Shown here piece after piece: positions 19,400 to 28,209 of a stretch of 64,000 bases of DNA. Below the pieces are notes generated by a model. That model was given only the letters and a program-made list of their open reading frames with translations, searched no databases and was not told where the DNA came from. The position numbers and the translations under genes are program-made. The stretch's first letter is position 1; each line of letters begins with the position of its first letter. This stretch comes from Escherichia coli (lineage in GTDB: Bacteria > Pseudomonadota > Gammaproteobacteria > Enterobacterales > Enterobacteriaceae): assembly GCF_003334335.1 (NCBI RefSeq), contig NZ_QOWQ01000001.1; one strand, written 5' to 3'.

Positions 19400-20785
19400 T
19401 TAGAGCACGGGAGGGACAAACGGTTTGCGTCGCAGGAAACGACCTCGCCCGGCTTTGCCTGTAAAGGTGCCGTCACAGAAAATCGTTTCACCACGGGATA
19501 AGGTTCTGACAATCGCGCCCTGACAGGTAAAACCCTCCCATGGCGAGTAGTCGGCGTTGTCGTGGAGATGGCGATGCTGAATTTGTTGGCTCTGACGTGG
19601 GTCGATAATCACCACGTCGCCGTCGGAACCGGGCGCTAATAATCCTTTTTGCGGCCACAGGCCAAACAACCTGGCGGGCATTGCGCTGGTTAATTCAACA
19701 AAGCGTTCCGGTGTTATACGTCCCGTCATCACGCCACTGGAAAACAGTAACTGCATGCGGTTTTCCACACCGGGTAAGCCATTTGGGCAGCGACTGAAAT
19801 CGCCTTTAGAAATTTGCAGGCGTTGAGCCATCGAGAAGGTGCAGTGATCGGTTGCCACCACGTCAATCGCACCATCGCTGATGCCACACCACAGTTTGTC
19901 CTGCTCGCGTACGTTACGCAGCGGTGGGCTAAGAATGAACTTCATGCCATCTTCTGTATCGTAACTGCGTTCGTCCAACAGGAGATATTGTGGGCAGGTT
20001 TCAACCCAGACTGGCTGGTGATTCGCACGGGCAAGACGCAGATAATCCAGACCTAAGCCGTTAGACAGGTGCACGATATAGAGCGGGGCGTTACCGGCAA
20101 TTTGTGCCAGGTTAATCATGCGGGCGATGGCTTCCGCTTCGCATTCCAGAGGGCGACTCAAGGCATGATAGCGCGGCGCGGTTAACCCTGCGGCGATAAA
20201 TTCCGCCCGCTTGCTGGCGATAGCCGCATCATTTTCCGGGTGCACGGTGGTCAGCGCGCCGGATTCATGCAAGCGGCGTAATGCCTGCAAAACCTCGTCA
20301 TCGTTGAGTTTGTATTGATAGGTTAAATAGAGTTTAAAACTGCTCAGTCCTTCCTCGACCATCATCGGGATTTCGTCGAGGATTGCGTGATTAATGTGCT
20401 GGATCACACCGTGAAAGCTGTAATCGATGACCGCTTTATGGGCGGCATAACCACGATAAACCTCCAGTTGATGGCGTAACCGACAGCCGTTTGGGCCAAA
20501 TCCCATATGGTCAATAATGGTTGTTGTACCGCCACACGCAGCTGCGCGGGTACCGGTAAAAAAATCATCACAACTGCGCGCGATGCCGACATCAATATTG
20601 AAATGCGTATGGACATCCACGCCGCCAGGGAAAACGTAACAGCCAGTGGCATCAATTTCTTCATACGGGAGCTGCGGCGAAATATTGTTGCCCAACTGGC
20701 GAACAATCCCGCTTTCAATCAGCAAATCCTGTTTGGCTTGTCCATCTGCGTTAACGACAGTGCCGTTTTTGATCAATACGCGCAT
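19400..20785 (-). CDS. hyuA: D-hydantoinase / dihydropyrimidinase-family amidohydrolase
   Basis: 461 aa from MRVLIKNGTVV. It has the GGVDVHTH metal motif. The sequence is recognised as HyuA (YgeZ). Confidence 0.92.
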   Translation of the reverse strand: MRVLIKNGTVVNADGQAKQDLLIESGIVRQLGNNISPQLPYEEIDATGCYVFPGGVDVHTHFNIDVGIARSCDDFFTGTRAAACGGTTTIIDHMGFGPNGCRLRHQLEVYRGYAAHKAVIDYSFHGVIQHINHAILDEIPMMVEEGLSSFKLYLTYQYKLNDDEVLQALRRLHESGALTTVHPENDAAIASKRAEFIAAGLTAPRYHALSRPLECEAEAIARMINLAQIAGNAPLYIVHLSNGLGLDYLRLARANHQPVWVETCPQYLLLDERSYDTEDGMKFILSPPLRNVREQDKLWCGISDGAIDVVATDHCTFSMAQRLQISKGDFSRCPNGLPGVENRMQLLFSSGVMTGRITPERFVELTSAMPARLFGLWPQKGLLAPGSDGDVVIIDPRQSQQIQHRHLHDNADYSPWEGFTCQGAIVRTLSRGETIFCDGTFTGKAGRGRFLRRKPFVPPVL

Positions 20786-20800
20786 AGCAAACTCCAAAAA

Positions 20801-20820
20801 CCCTCCGGCGAACCGGAGGG
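20801..20820 (-). terminator. Intrinsic-terminator-like hairpin between ygeY and hyuA
   Basis: The minus strand reads ccctccgg-ttcg-ccggaggg followed by ttttt. The hyuA SD ggag follows immediately. Confidence 0.6.
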
Positions 20821-20837
20821 GAATAAGTGAAGAGTAA

Positions 20838-22049
20838 TTACTCTGTTGCCAGCCAGCTTAACGGGATTGCAGCGTACATCGCGGCACAGGTCACCAGGTG
20901 AGATTTCCAGGTTTTTTCGTTAGGTGCATGCGCTTCAGGTTCTTTACCCGGGCCAAAGCCGATCACCGGAATGCCGTGACGGCCCATGATAGATACGCCG
21001 TTAGTTGAGAAGGTCCACTTATCAACAACCGGCGCTTTGCCAAACAGCCCTTCGTAGGCATTCACCAGTGCTTTAACGGTGAAGTGATCTTCTTCCACTT
21101 TCCAGGTCGGGAAGTAGCATTCGGTTGGGTAAACCAGGCCAGTCCAGGACGGACGGTCGTAGTTGTACATAGAAACAACCGCGTTAGCTTTCTGTACTGC
21201 AGGCAGGGCGCGGATTTCGTCCAGCGCGCCTTCCCAGGTTTCGCCCCAGGTCAGACGACGGTCGATTGAAACTGCGCAGCTGTCTGCTACAGCGCAACGG
21301 CTTGGGGATGTGAAGAAGATTTCAGAAACGGTGAGGGTGCCTTTGCCGAGGAATTCGTCATAACCCAGACGTTGGGAGAGTTCTTGTAATTCGCCAAGAA
21401 TCGGACCCATTTTGAAAATGGCGTTATCACCGCGTTCTGGTGCAGAACCGTGGCAGCTAACACCCTGAACATCAATACGAATTTCCATACGACCGCGCTG
21501 ACCACGGTATACCTGGCAGTCGGTTGGTTCGGTACTGACCACAAATTCCGGGCGAATGCCGGATTGTTCAATAATGTACTGCCAGCACAGACCGTCGCAG
21601 TCTTCTTCCTGCACCGTACCGGTAACCAGCAGGGTATATTCATCTTCCAGACCGAGGTCTTTAATGATTTTACCGGCATAAACCATAGAGGCCATGCCAC
21701 CTTCCTGGTCGGAAGTACCGCGACCACCAATCAGTTCATCAGTTTCCATGCCTTCGTACGGATCGAAGTCCCAGTTTTTGATGTTGCCAATGCCGACGGT
21801 ATCGATATGAGCGTCCATTGCCACCAGACGCGGGCCGTGGCCGATATAACCGAGAACGTTGCCCATCGGGTCGATTTCAACTTTATCGAAGCCGACTTTT
21901 TCCATCTCTTCTTTAATACGATGTACTACGCGTTTCTCGTCGCAGCTTTCACTGGGAATAGCAACCATGTCGCGCAGGAAGCGAGTCATATCCGCCTGGT
22001 AATCTTTTGCTTTTTCAAGAATCAGTTTGAATGGAATATTCTTAGCCAT
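20838..22049 (-). CDS. ygeY: M20-family peptidase / amidohydrolase
   Basis: 403 aa. It resembles the ArgE/DapE/ACY1 family ([16 protein letters not shown]). The sequence is recognised as YgeY. Confidence 0.9.
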
Positions 22050-22106
22050 TATTTTTCTCCAGATTTTTTACTCCCCGTTTTGCAGGGAGCAGTTCCAATA
22101 GGGTGA

Positions 22107-23303
22107 TTAAGGTGCTACAGCGTGTTTGCCTTCCCAGACAACTTCGCGGTAGTGCTTCACGTCGGTGTCGCCTTCAGTGCTGATAACCAGCACCACGGCA
22201 TCTTTGTTCAGCGCCAGTTTTTCCATCAGGCTTTGACGTTGCGGGTGATAATGAACCGCTGCGAGAACGCCCAAACCGACAGCGCCGGATTCACCGGAGA
22301 TGATGCGCGGGTCGTTGCCGTACGGATTACCCAGCACGCGCATACCTAATGCGGCAACGCTGTCCTGGCAGGAGATGAATTGGGTGGCGCAGTTACGTAG
22401 GATTTCCCAGCCCAGCGGGTTAGGTTCGCCACAGGCCAGGCCTGCCATGATGGTGGCCATATCACCGCCAACGTTGACGATGTCGCCTTTGACGCCGGAG
22501 CGATAAATACAGTCAGCTTTGTCAGGTTCAACAATAATGCTGTGCAGATTTTGCGGGCTATAGACGTCGACCAGATAACCCAGCACACCACCGGCCATTG
22601 CTCCGACACCGGCTTGCAGCAGAACGTGCGTCGGGGTTACGCCCATTTCACGCATTTGCTCGACGGCTTCATCTGCCAGGGTTGCGTAGCCTTGCATGAT
22701 CCAGGTTGGGATTTTGGTGTAACCTTCCCATGCCGTGTCCTGTACCACTTCCCAGCCGTGCTGCTGCGCGTGTTGCATGGTCAGGCGAACGGTATCGTCA
22801 TAGTTCATATCCGTGACGATGCACTCGGCACCGAGGTTCAGAATGGCGTCAACGCGTTCCTGAGCAGAACCTTTCGGCATGTAAATCACCGCATTCTGTC
22901 CGAGTTGCTGTGCTGCCCACGCCACACCGCGCCCGTGGTTGCCGTCGGTGGTGGTCGCGAAAGTCATTTTTTCGCCGATGGCATTTTTCAGGTGCTCAAA
23001 TGACAGCGTTTCGATATCAAGATGATATTTTTCACACAATAATTGAGCGATGGCGTACGCACCGCCAAGCATTTTGAAGGCGTTCAGACCGAATCGTTTT
23101 GATTCGTCTTTGACGAGAATTTTCTTCACACCAAAAAGGTTTGCGAGATCGTCCAGCGCACAAAGCGGTGTTGGGCGATAACCAGCTATTTTCTGGTGGA
23201 ACTGGCGCGCCAGTTTGGCCTGGCTTTGCGAAAAGAGCGGTGATGTTTCGCCGTTGAAAAATTTGTTATCGGCGATATCAATCTTCAATGAGAAAACGGA
23301 CAT
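22107..23303 (-). CDS. ygeX: 2,3-diaminopropionate ammonia-lyase (PLP-dependent)
   Basis: 398 aa. The PLP lysine context is ESKRFGLNAFKMLGG. The sequence is recognised as YgeX (DpaL). Confidence 0.92.
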   Translation of the reverse strand: MSVFSLKIDIADNKFFNGETSPLFSQSQAKLARQFHQKIAGYRPTPLCALDDLANLFGVKKILVKDESKRFGLNAFKMLGGAYAIAQLLCEKYHLDIETLSFEHLKNAIGEKMTFATTTDGNHGRGVAWAAQQLGQNAVIYMPKGSAQERVDAILNLGAECIVTDMNYDDTVRLTMQHAQQHGWEVVQDTAWEGYTKIPTWIMQGYATLADEAVEQMREMGVTPTHVLLQAGVGAMAGGVLGYLVDVYSPQNLHSIIVEPDKADCIYRSGVKGDIVNVGGDMATIMAGLACGEPNPLGWEILRNCATQFISCQDSVAALGMRVLGNPYGNDPRIISGESGAVGLGVLAAVHYHPQRQSLMEKLALNKDAVVLVISTEGDTDVKHYREVVWEGKHAVAP

Positions 23304-23360
23304 ATCCTATCCTTTTGGCCTCTGGAAATAGAGGGCCGACCAGCTGATCGGCCCGAGGGG

Positions 23361-24551
23361 TTATTTCACGCGTTCTTGCGCTTCTTTCAGCAGTTGCTCG
23401 AGCAGTGCACCTGGTTTGGCGTATTTACGGGACAGGATCATCGCGGCGATGATATAAGGCTTCCAGCTGGCTTCTTTGTAGGTAGCGATACGGTATTTTT
23501 CGAATACGCCTTCAGTCACTTCACCTTCTTTACAGGATACGCCGCTGATATCAGCTGGCAGGCAGTGCATGTACAGGGCTTCGCCATCACGGGTCAGTTC
23601 CATCATCTCTTCAGTACAATGCCAGTCTTTGTGTTGCGCGTTCTGTGCCAGACACTGTTTTTCCAGTGCTTTTAAGCCTTCGTGATCGTTCGCACGCAGC
23701 AATTCAGTACGCTCTTCCATCACTTTGTAAGGTGCCCATGACTTCGGATAAACGATGTCTGCGTCTTTGAAGGCTTCTTCCATGCTGGTGACCTGACGGA
23801 AGCTACCACCGGAGGCTTTAGCATTGTTTTTCGCCACTTCAACCACATCCGGGATCAGGTCGTAGCCTTCCGGATGGGCCAGGGTGACATCCATACCGAA
23901 GCGAGTCATCAGACCGATGATGCCTTGTGGTACAGAGAGCGGTTTGCCATAGCTTGGAGAGTAGGCCCAGGTCATGGCGATTTTTTTACCTTTCAGGTTT
24001 TCCAGTGAACCAAAGTGTTCACGTAACCACGCGAGGTCAGCCATTGACTGAGTCGGGTGGTCAATATCGCATTGCAGGTTCACTAAAGCCGGACGCTGTG
24101 GCAGTACACCCTGCTTGTAACCGTCATCAAGTGCAGCGCCAACTTCACGCATATAGGCGTTGCCTGCGCCCAGATACATATCGTCGCGAATACCAATAGC
24201 GTCGGCGCAGAAGGAGATCATATTGGCGGTTTCACGCACGGTTTCGCCGTGAGCGATTTGTGATTTGCCTTCGTCGAGATCTTGTTGTGCAAGGCCGAGC
24301 AGGTTAAGCGCGGAAGCATAAGAGAAGCGGGTACGGGTGGAGTTGTCGCGGAATACGGAAATACCTAATCCACTATTAAAGACTTTGGTTGAGATGTTTT
24401 CAGCACGCAGTGCTTTTAATGCTGCGGCAACGTCCAGTACTTGTTTCAGTTCATCTGGCGTCTGTTCCCACGTTAACAAAAAATCTTTCTCGTGAAGGTG
24501 AGAGGTCAGCGAATTGATATCCTTAATCAGCTCATTAACAGTTTTCATCAT
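23361..24551 (-). CDS. ygeW: Knotted catabolic carbamoyltransferase
   Basis: 396 aa. It has the transcarbamylase motifs STRTR and HCLP. The sequence is recognised as YgeW. Confidence 0.92.
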   Translation of the reverse strand: MMKTVNELIKDINSLTSHLHEKDFLLTWEQTPDELKQVLDVAAALKALRAENISTKVFNSGLGISVFRDNSTRTRFSYASALNLLGLAQQDLDEGKSQIAHGETVRETANMISFCADAIGIRDDMYLGAGNAYMREVGAALDDGYKQGVLPQRPALVNLQCDIDHPTQSMADLAWLREHFGSLENLKGKKIAMTWAYSPSYGKPLSVPQGIIGLMTRFGMDVTLAHPEGYDLIPDVVEVAKNNAKASGGSFRQVTSMEEAFKDADIVYPKSWAPYKVMEERTELLRANDHEGLKALEKQCLAQNAQHKDWHCTEEMMELTRDGEALYMHCLPADISGVSCKEGEVTEGVFEKYRIATYKEASWKPYIIAAMILSRKYAKPGALLEQLLKEAQERVK

Positions 24552-24642
24552 AAAGTCCCGGTAGTGGAATGACAGGCAAAGTGGTTTATTTCACTGTGAC
24601 TTGCCAAAGTGATTGGTGTTTTCACAGCTATACCTGGGACTA

Positions 24643-24657
24643 ACAATAAGTGTGCCA
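24643..24657 (-). promoter_or_regulatory. Weak candidate sigma-54 promoter for ygeW
   Basis: The minus strand reads TGGCACACTTATTGT. The -24 element is perfect, but the -12 element is TTGT rather than TTGC. It lies about 90-105 nt upstream of the ygeW ATG. Confidence 0.35.
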
Positions 24658-25026
24658 GAATTATCCGCGCGGCTGCAAAAGACTAATTTGACGGATAATG
24701 TGTGGGGTTGATCACAAATTGATGCCAGCTTCTGGTTGTTTGTAAAATACGAAAACGTTTGGCTTTTTTTATCGCGTTATTTATTTGCTGCTAAGTATCA
24801 GAAATAAGATAAAGGGGCAGGCTATCTCTCTTCAGTTTGATAAACTCACCGCCGTAATTCTCATATTGATATAGAAATGTGATATCTCTTCCATAATTTC
24901 ATTAGAAAATGATAAAAATCTTATGTTTTTATCAAAGCCAATTTCGCCTGAGTTAATATCATCATGATCTGTGAACCATCAACGTCTTCAATGATCGACT
25001 TTTAAGTAAGTCTGGAAGGTAAAGCT

Positions 25027-26805
25027 ATGGAGCTTGCTACTACGCAGTCAGTATTGATGCAAATTCAACCGACAATTCAGCGTTTTGCCAGAATGCTTGC
25101 CAGCGTTTTGCAGCTTGAGGTTGAGATCGTTGATGAAAACTTGTGTCGCGTTGCCGGAACGGGCGCGTATGGGAAGTTTCTTGGTCGCCAGTTGAGCGGC
25201 AACTCACGCCTGCTCCGCCACGTCCTGGAAACGAAAACTGAAAAAGTTGTGACACAGTCTCGCTTCGATCCCCTTTGCGAAGGTTGCGATAGTAAAGAAA
25301 ATTGCCGCGAAAAAGCATTTCTGGGTACGCCTGTCATTTTACAGGATCGTTGTGTTGGGGTGATAAGTTTGATTGCCGTTACCCACGAGCAACAAGAGCA
25401 TATCAGTGATAATTTACGCGAATTTTCTGATTATGTTCGCCATATATCCACCATTTTTGTTTCGAAACTTCTGGAGGATCAGGGGCCAGGAGATAACATC
25501 AGTAAAATATTTGCGACCATGATCGATAATATGGATCAGGGCGTATTAGTTGTAGATGATGAAAATCGGGTTCAGTTTGTTAATCAGACTGCCTTAAAAA
25601 CACTTGGTGTTGTGCAAAATAATATTATTGGGAAACCTATCCGTTTCAGACCATTAACATTTGAGAGTAATTTTACCCATGGACATATGCAGCATATTGT
25701 TTCATGGGACGATAAAAGTGAATTAATCATTGGTCAATTGCATAACATTCAGGGCCGACAATTATTTTTAATGGCGTTTCACCAATCGCATACCAGTTTT
25801 TCTGTAGCAAATGCACCTGATGAACCGCATATTGAACAATTGGTTGGCGAGTGCCGTGTTATGCGGCAATTAAAACGACTCATTAGCCGTATTGCACCCA
25901 GCCCATCCAGCGTTATGGTGGTTGGTGAAAGCGGCACGGGTAAAGAAGTCGTCGCCCGTGCAATCCATAAGTTGAGCGGAAGACGGAATAAACCCTTTAT
26001 TGCTATCAACTGTGCCGCGATTCCGGAGCAGCTTCTGGAGAGCGAACTGTTCGGTTATGTTAAAGGTGCATTTACTGGCGCTTCTGCCAACGGTAAAACA
26101 GGGTTGATTCAGGCGGCGAATACGGGCACGCTGTTTCTCGATGAAATAGGTGATATGCCATTAATGTTGCAGGCTAAATTACTGCGCGCTATTGAGGCAC
26201 GTGAAATTCTGCCGATTGGTGCCAGTAGCCCAATACAAGTCGACATTCGCATCATTTCTGCAACTAATCAGAATTTGGCCCAGTTCATTGCCGAAGGTAA
26301 ATTCCGCGAAGATCTCTTCTACCGACTTAATGTTATCCCGATAACTCTGCCACCGCTGCGTGAACGTCAGGAAGATATTGAACTATTGGTGCATTACTTT
26401 TTACATCTGCATACCCGTCGTCTGGGATCGGTTTATCCTGGCATTGCTCCCGATGTCGTCGAAATATTGCGTAAGCATCGTTGGCCCGGAAACCTGCGCG
26501 AGTTAAGCAATTTGATGGAATATCTGGTTAACGTGGTTCCTTCAGGTGAAGTTATCGACAGCACGCTATTGCCGCCAAATCTGCTGAATAATGGCACAAC
26601 GGAGCAAAGTGATGTAACAGAGGTCAGTGAGGCGCACCTGTCACTCGATGATGCGGGCGGCACGGCGCTGGAGGAGATGGAAAAGCAAATGATCCGCGAG
26701 GCGCTTTCACGTCATAACAGCAAGAAGCAAGTTGCTGATGAACTGGGCATCGGCATTGCTACGCTCTATCGCAAGATTAAGAAATATGAGTTGTTAAACA
26801 CATAA
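25027..26805 (+). CDS. ygeV: Sigma-54-dependent transcriptional activator (bEBP)
   Basis: 592 aa. The AAA+ core has GESGTGKE and GAFTGA motifs, and there is a C-terminal Fis-type HTH. Confidence 0.94.
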   Translation: MELATTQSVLMQIQPTIQRFARMLASVLQLEVEIVDENLCRVAGTGAYGKFLGRQLSGNSRLLRHVLETKTEKVVTQSRFDPLCEGCDSKENCREKAFLGTPVILQDRCVGVISLIAVTHEQQEHISDNLREFSDYVRHISTIFVSKLLEDQGPGDNISKIFATMIDNMDQGVLVVDDENRVQFVNQTALKTLGVVQNNIIGKPIRFRPLTFESNFTHGHMQHIVSWDDKSELIIGQLHNIQGRQLFLMAFHQSHTSFSVANAPDEPHIEQLVGECRVMRQLKRLISRIAPSPSSVMVVGESGTGKEVVARAIHKLSGRRNKPFIAINCAAIPEQLLESELFGYVKGAFTGASANGKTGLIQAANTGTLFLDEIGDMPLMLQAKLLRAIEAREILPIGASSPIQVDIRIISATNQNLAQFIAEGKFREDLFYRLNVIPITLPPLRERQEDIELLVHYFLHLHTRRLGSVYPGIAPDVVEILRKHRWPGNLRELSNLMEYLVNVVPSGEVIDSTLLPPNLLNNGTTEQSDVTEVSEAHLSLDDAGGTALEEMEKQMIREALSRHNSKKQVADELGIGIATLYRKIKKYELLNT

Positions 26806-26814
26806 CCTCAGTGA

Positions 26815-26838
26815 ATCCGGCCTGAATTCAGGCCGGAT
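26815..26838. terminator. Perfect palindromic hairpin between the convergent genes ygeV and xdhC
   Basis: atccggcctg-aatt-caggccggat forms a 10-bp stem. Confidence 0.6.
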
Positions 26839-26844
26839 ATCCTT

Positions 26845-27324
26845 TTACTTCGTTTTCTCGCAATCCAGAACTGTATTTACAATCATCTGATACCCCGTGC
26901 AGCGACAAAGATTTCCCGCCAGTCCGCGACGAATTTCCGTAATGGTTAATGGCTTCTCGCGTGGTTTCGCCAGCATTGCCGTGGTAGCCATAATCAGGCC
27001 AGGCGTACAAAACCCGCACTGCACTGCGCCGGATTTCGCATAAGCCTGCTGAACATGAGAAAGTTTTCCGCCTTTCGCTTCACCTTCCAGCGTGCGGATC
27101 TCTTTTCCTTCAGCCCAGGCGGCAAGGTATAAGCAACTGTCTATTGCTGTGCCGTCGACCAACACCGTACAGGCACCACATTCACCCACGCAGCACCCTT
27201 GTTTGACACTTAGCAGTCCTTGTTCGCGGAGTAATTCCGAGAGCGGCGTGCCTGGTGCGGCGTGAAGCTGAAAAGGCATCCCGTTAATGGTGCATTCGAT
27301 GGTAATTGTTTCGCTGTGATTCAT
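26845..27324 (-). CDS. xdhC: Xanthine dehydrogenase 2Fe-2S subunit
   Basis: 159 aa with the canonical Cys motifs [20 protein letters not shown] and NLCRCTGY. Confidence 0.94.
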
Positions 27325-28199
27325 TGCAATTTTCCCCCCGCCGCGGCGACGGCTTCGCTAATCACTTTTTTGGTCATCGTCTGGATGAGATGCAGACGAA
27401 ACTCTTTACTGGCCCGCCATGAAGAACGCGGGGCGACATCTTGCAGGACAGATTCGCTGATAGCTTCCAGCGTTTGCAGGTTTAATGGCGCATTTTGTGC
27501 AGTCTGTTCGGCATGTTGGCAGCGAATCGGCGTTGGCGCGGCAACACCAAATGCCAGGCGTAATTCGCTGAAATTGCCGTTATCCAGTCGGCAATGTGCG
27601 GCGCAGCCAATCGTTGAAATATCCATTGCGTCGCGCATGGCATATTTAAAATGCGCGCTGCCCGCGTGTTCTTTCGGCTGTGGCGGAAAATGAAAGGCGA
27701 CGAGGATTTCGTCATGCTCAAGAGACACTTTGCCCGGCCCGGTGTGAAAGCCATTAATCGGGACGAAACGAACACCGCGCGGGGAGTGGATCTCCAGTTT
27801 CGCGTCATAAATTAGCGTTGGCGTGGCAGAATCTGCGCTGGTGGCACCGTTGCAAATATTTCCACCGTAGGTAGCGACGTTACGGATCTGCGGTCCAGCA
27901 ATGGACGTGGCCGCAGCACATAACGCCGGGAGATGACGTTGAGTTATAGGATCTTCTATTAGCTGGGTAAATGTCGTTGCAGAGCCGATACGTAGCGAGC
28001 CATCTTCCGCCAGCGTAATTCCCCGCAGCTCCGCCAGATTATGAATATCAACAATATGGCGATAACGGTCATTGTGATGGTGGAGCTGAATCAGTACGTC
28101 AGTGCCACCGGCGAGCAGTTTGGCCTGCGGGTTGTCAGCCAGCAGGTTGATGGCATCGGCAAGGGTTGCTGCGCGATGGTAAGAAGCAAAATCAAACAT
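27321..28199 (-). CDS. xdhB: Xanthine dehydrogenase FAD-binding subunit
   Basis: 292 aa. It overlaps xdhC by 4 nt and has the AGGTDV motif. Confidence 0.94.
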
Positions 28200-28209
28200 G
28201 ATGTTATCC

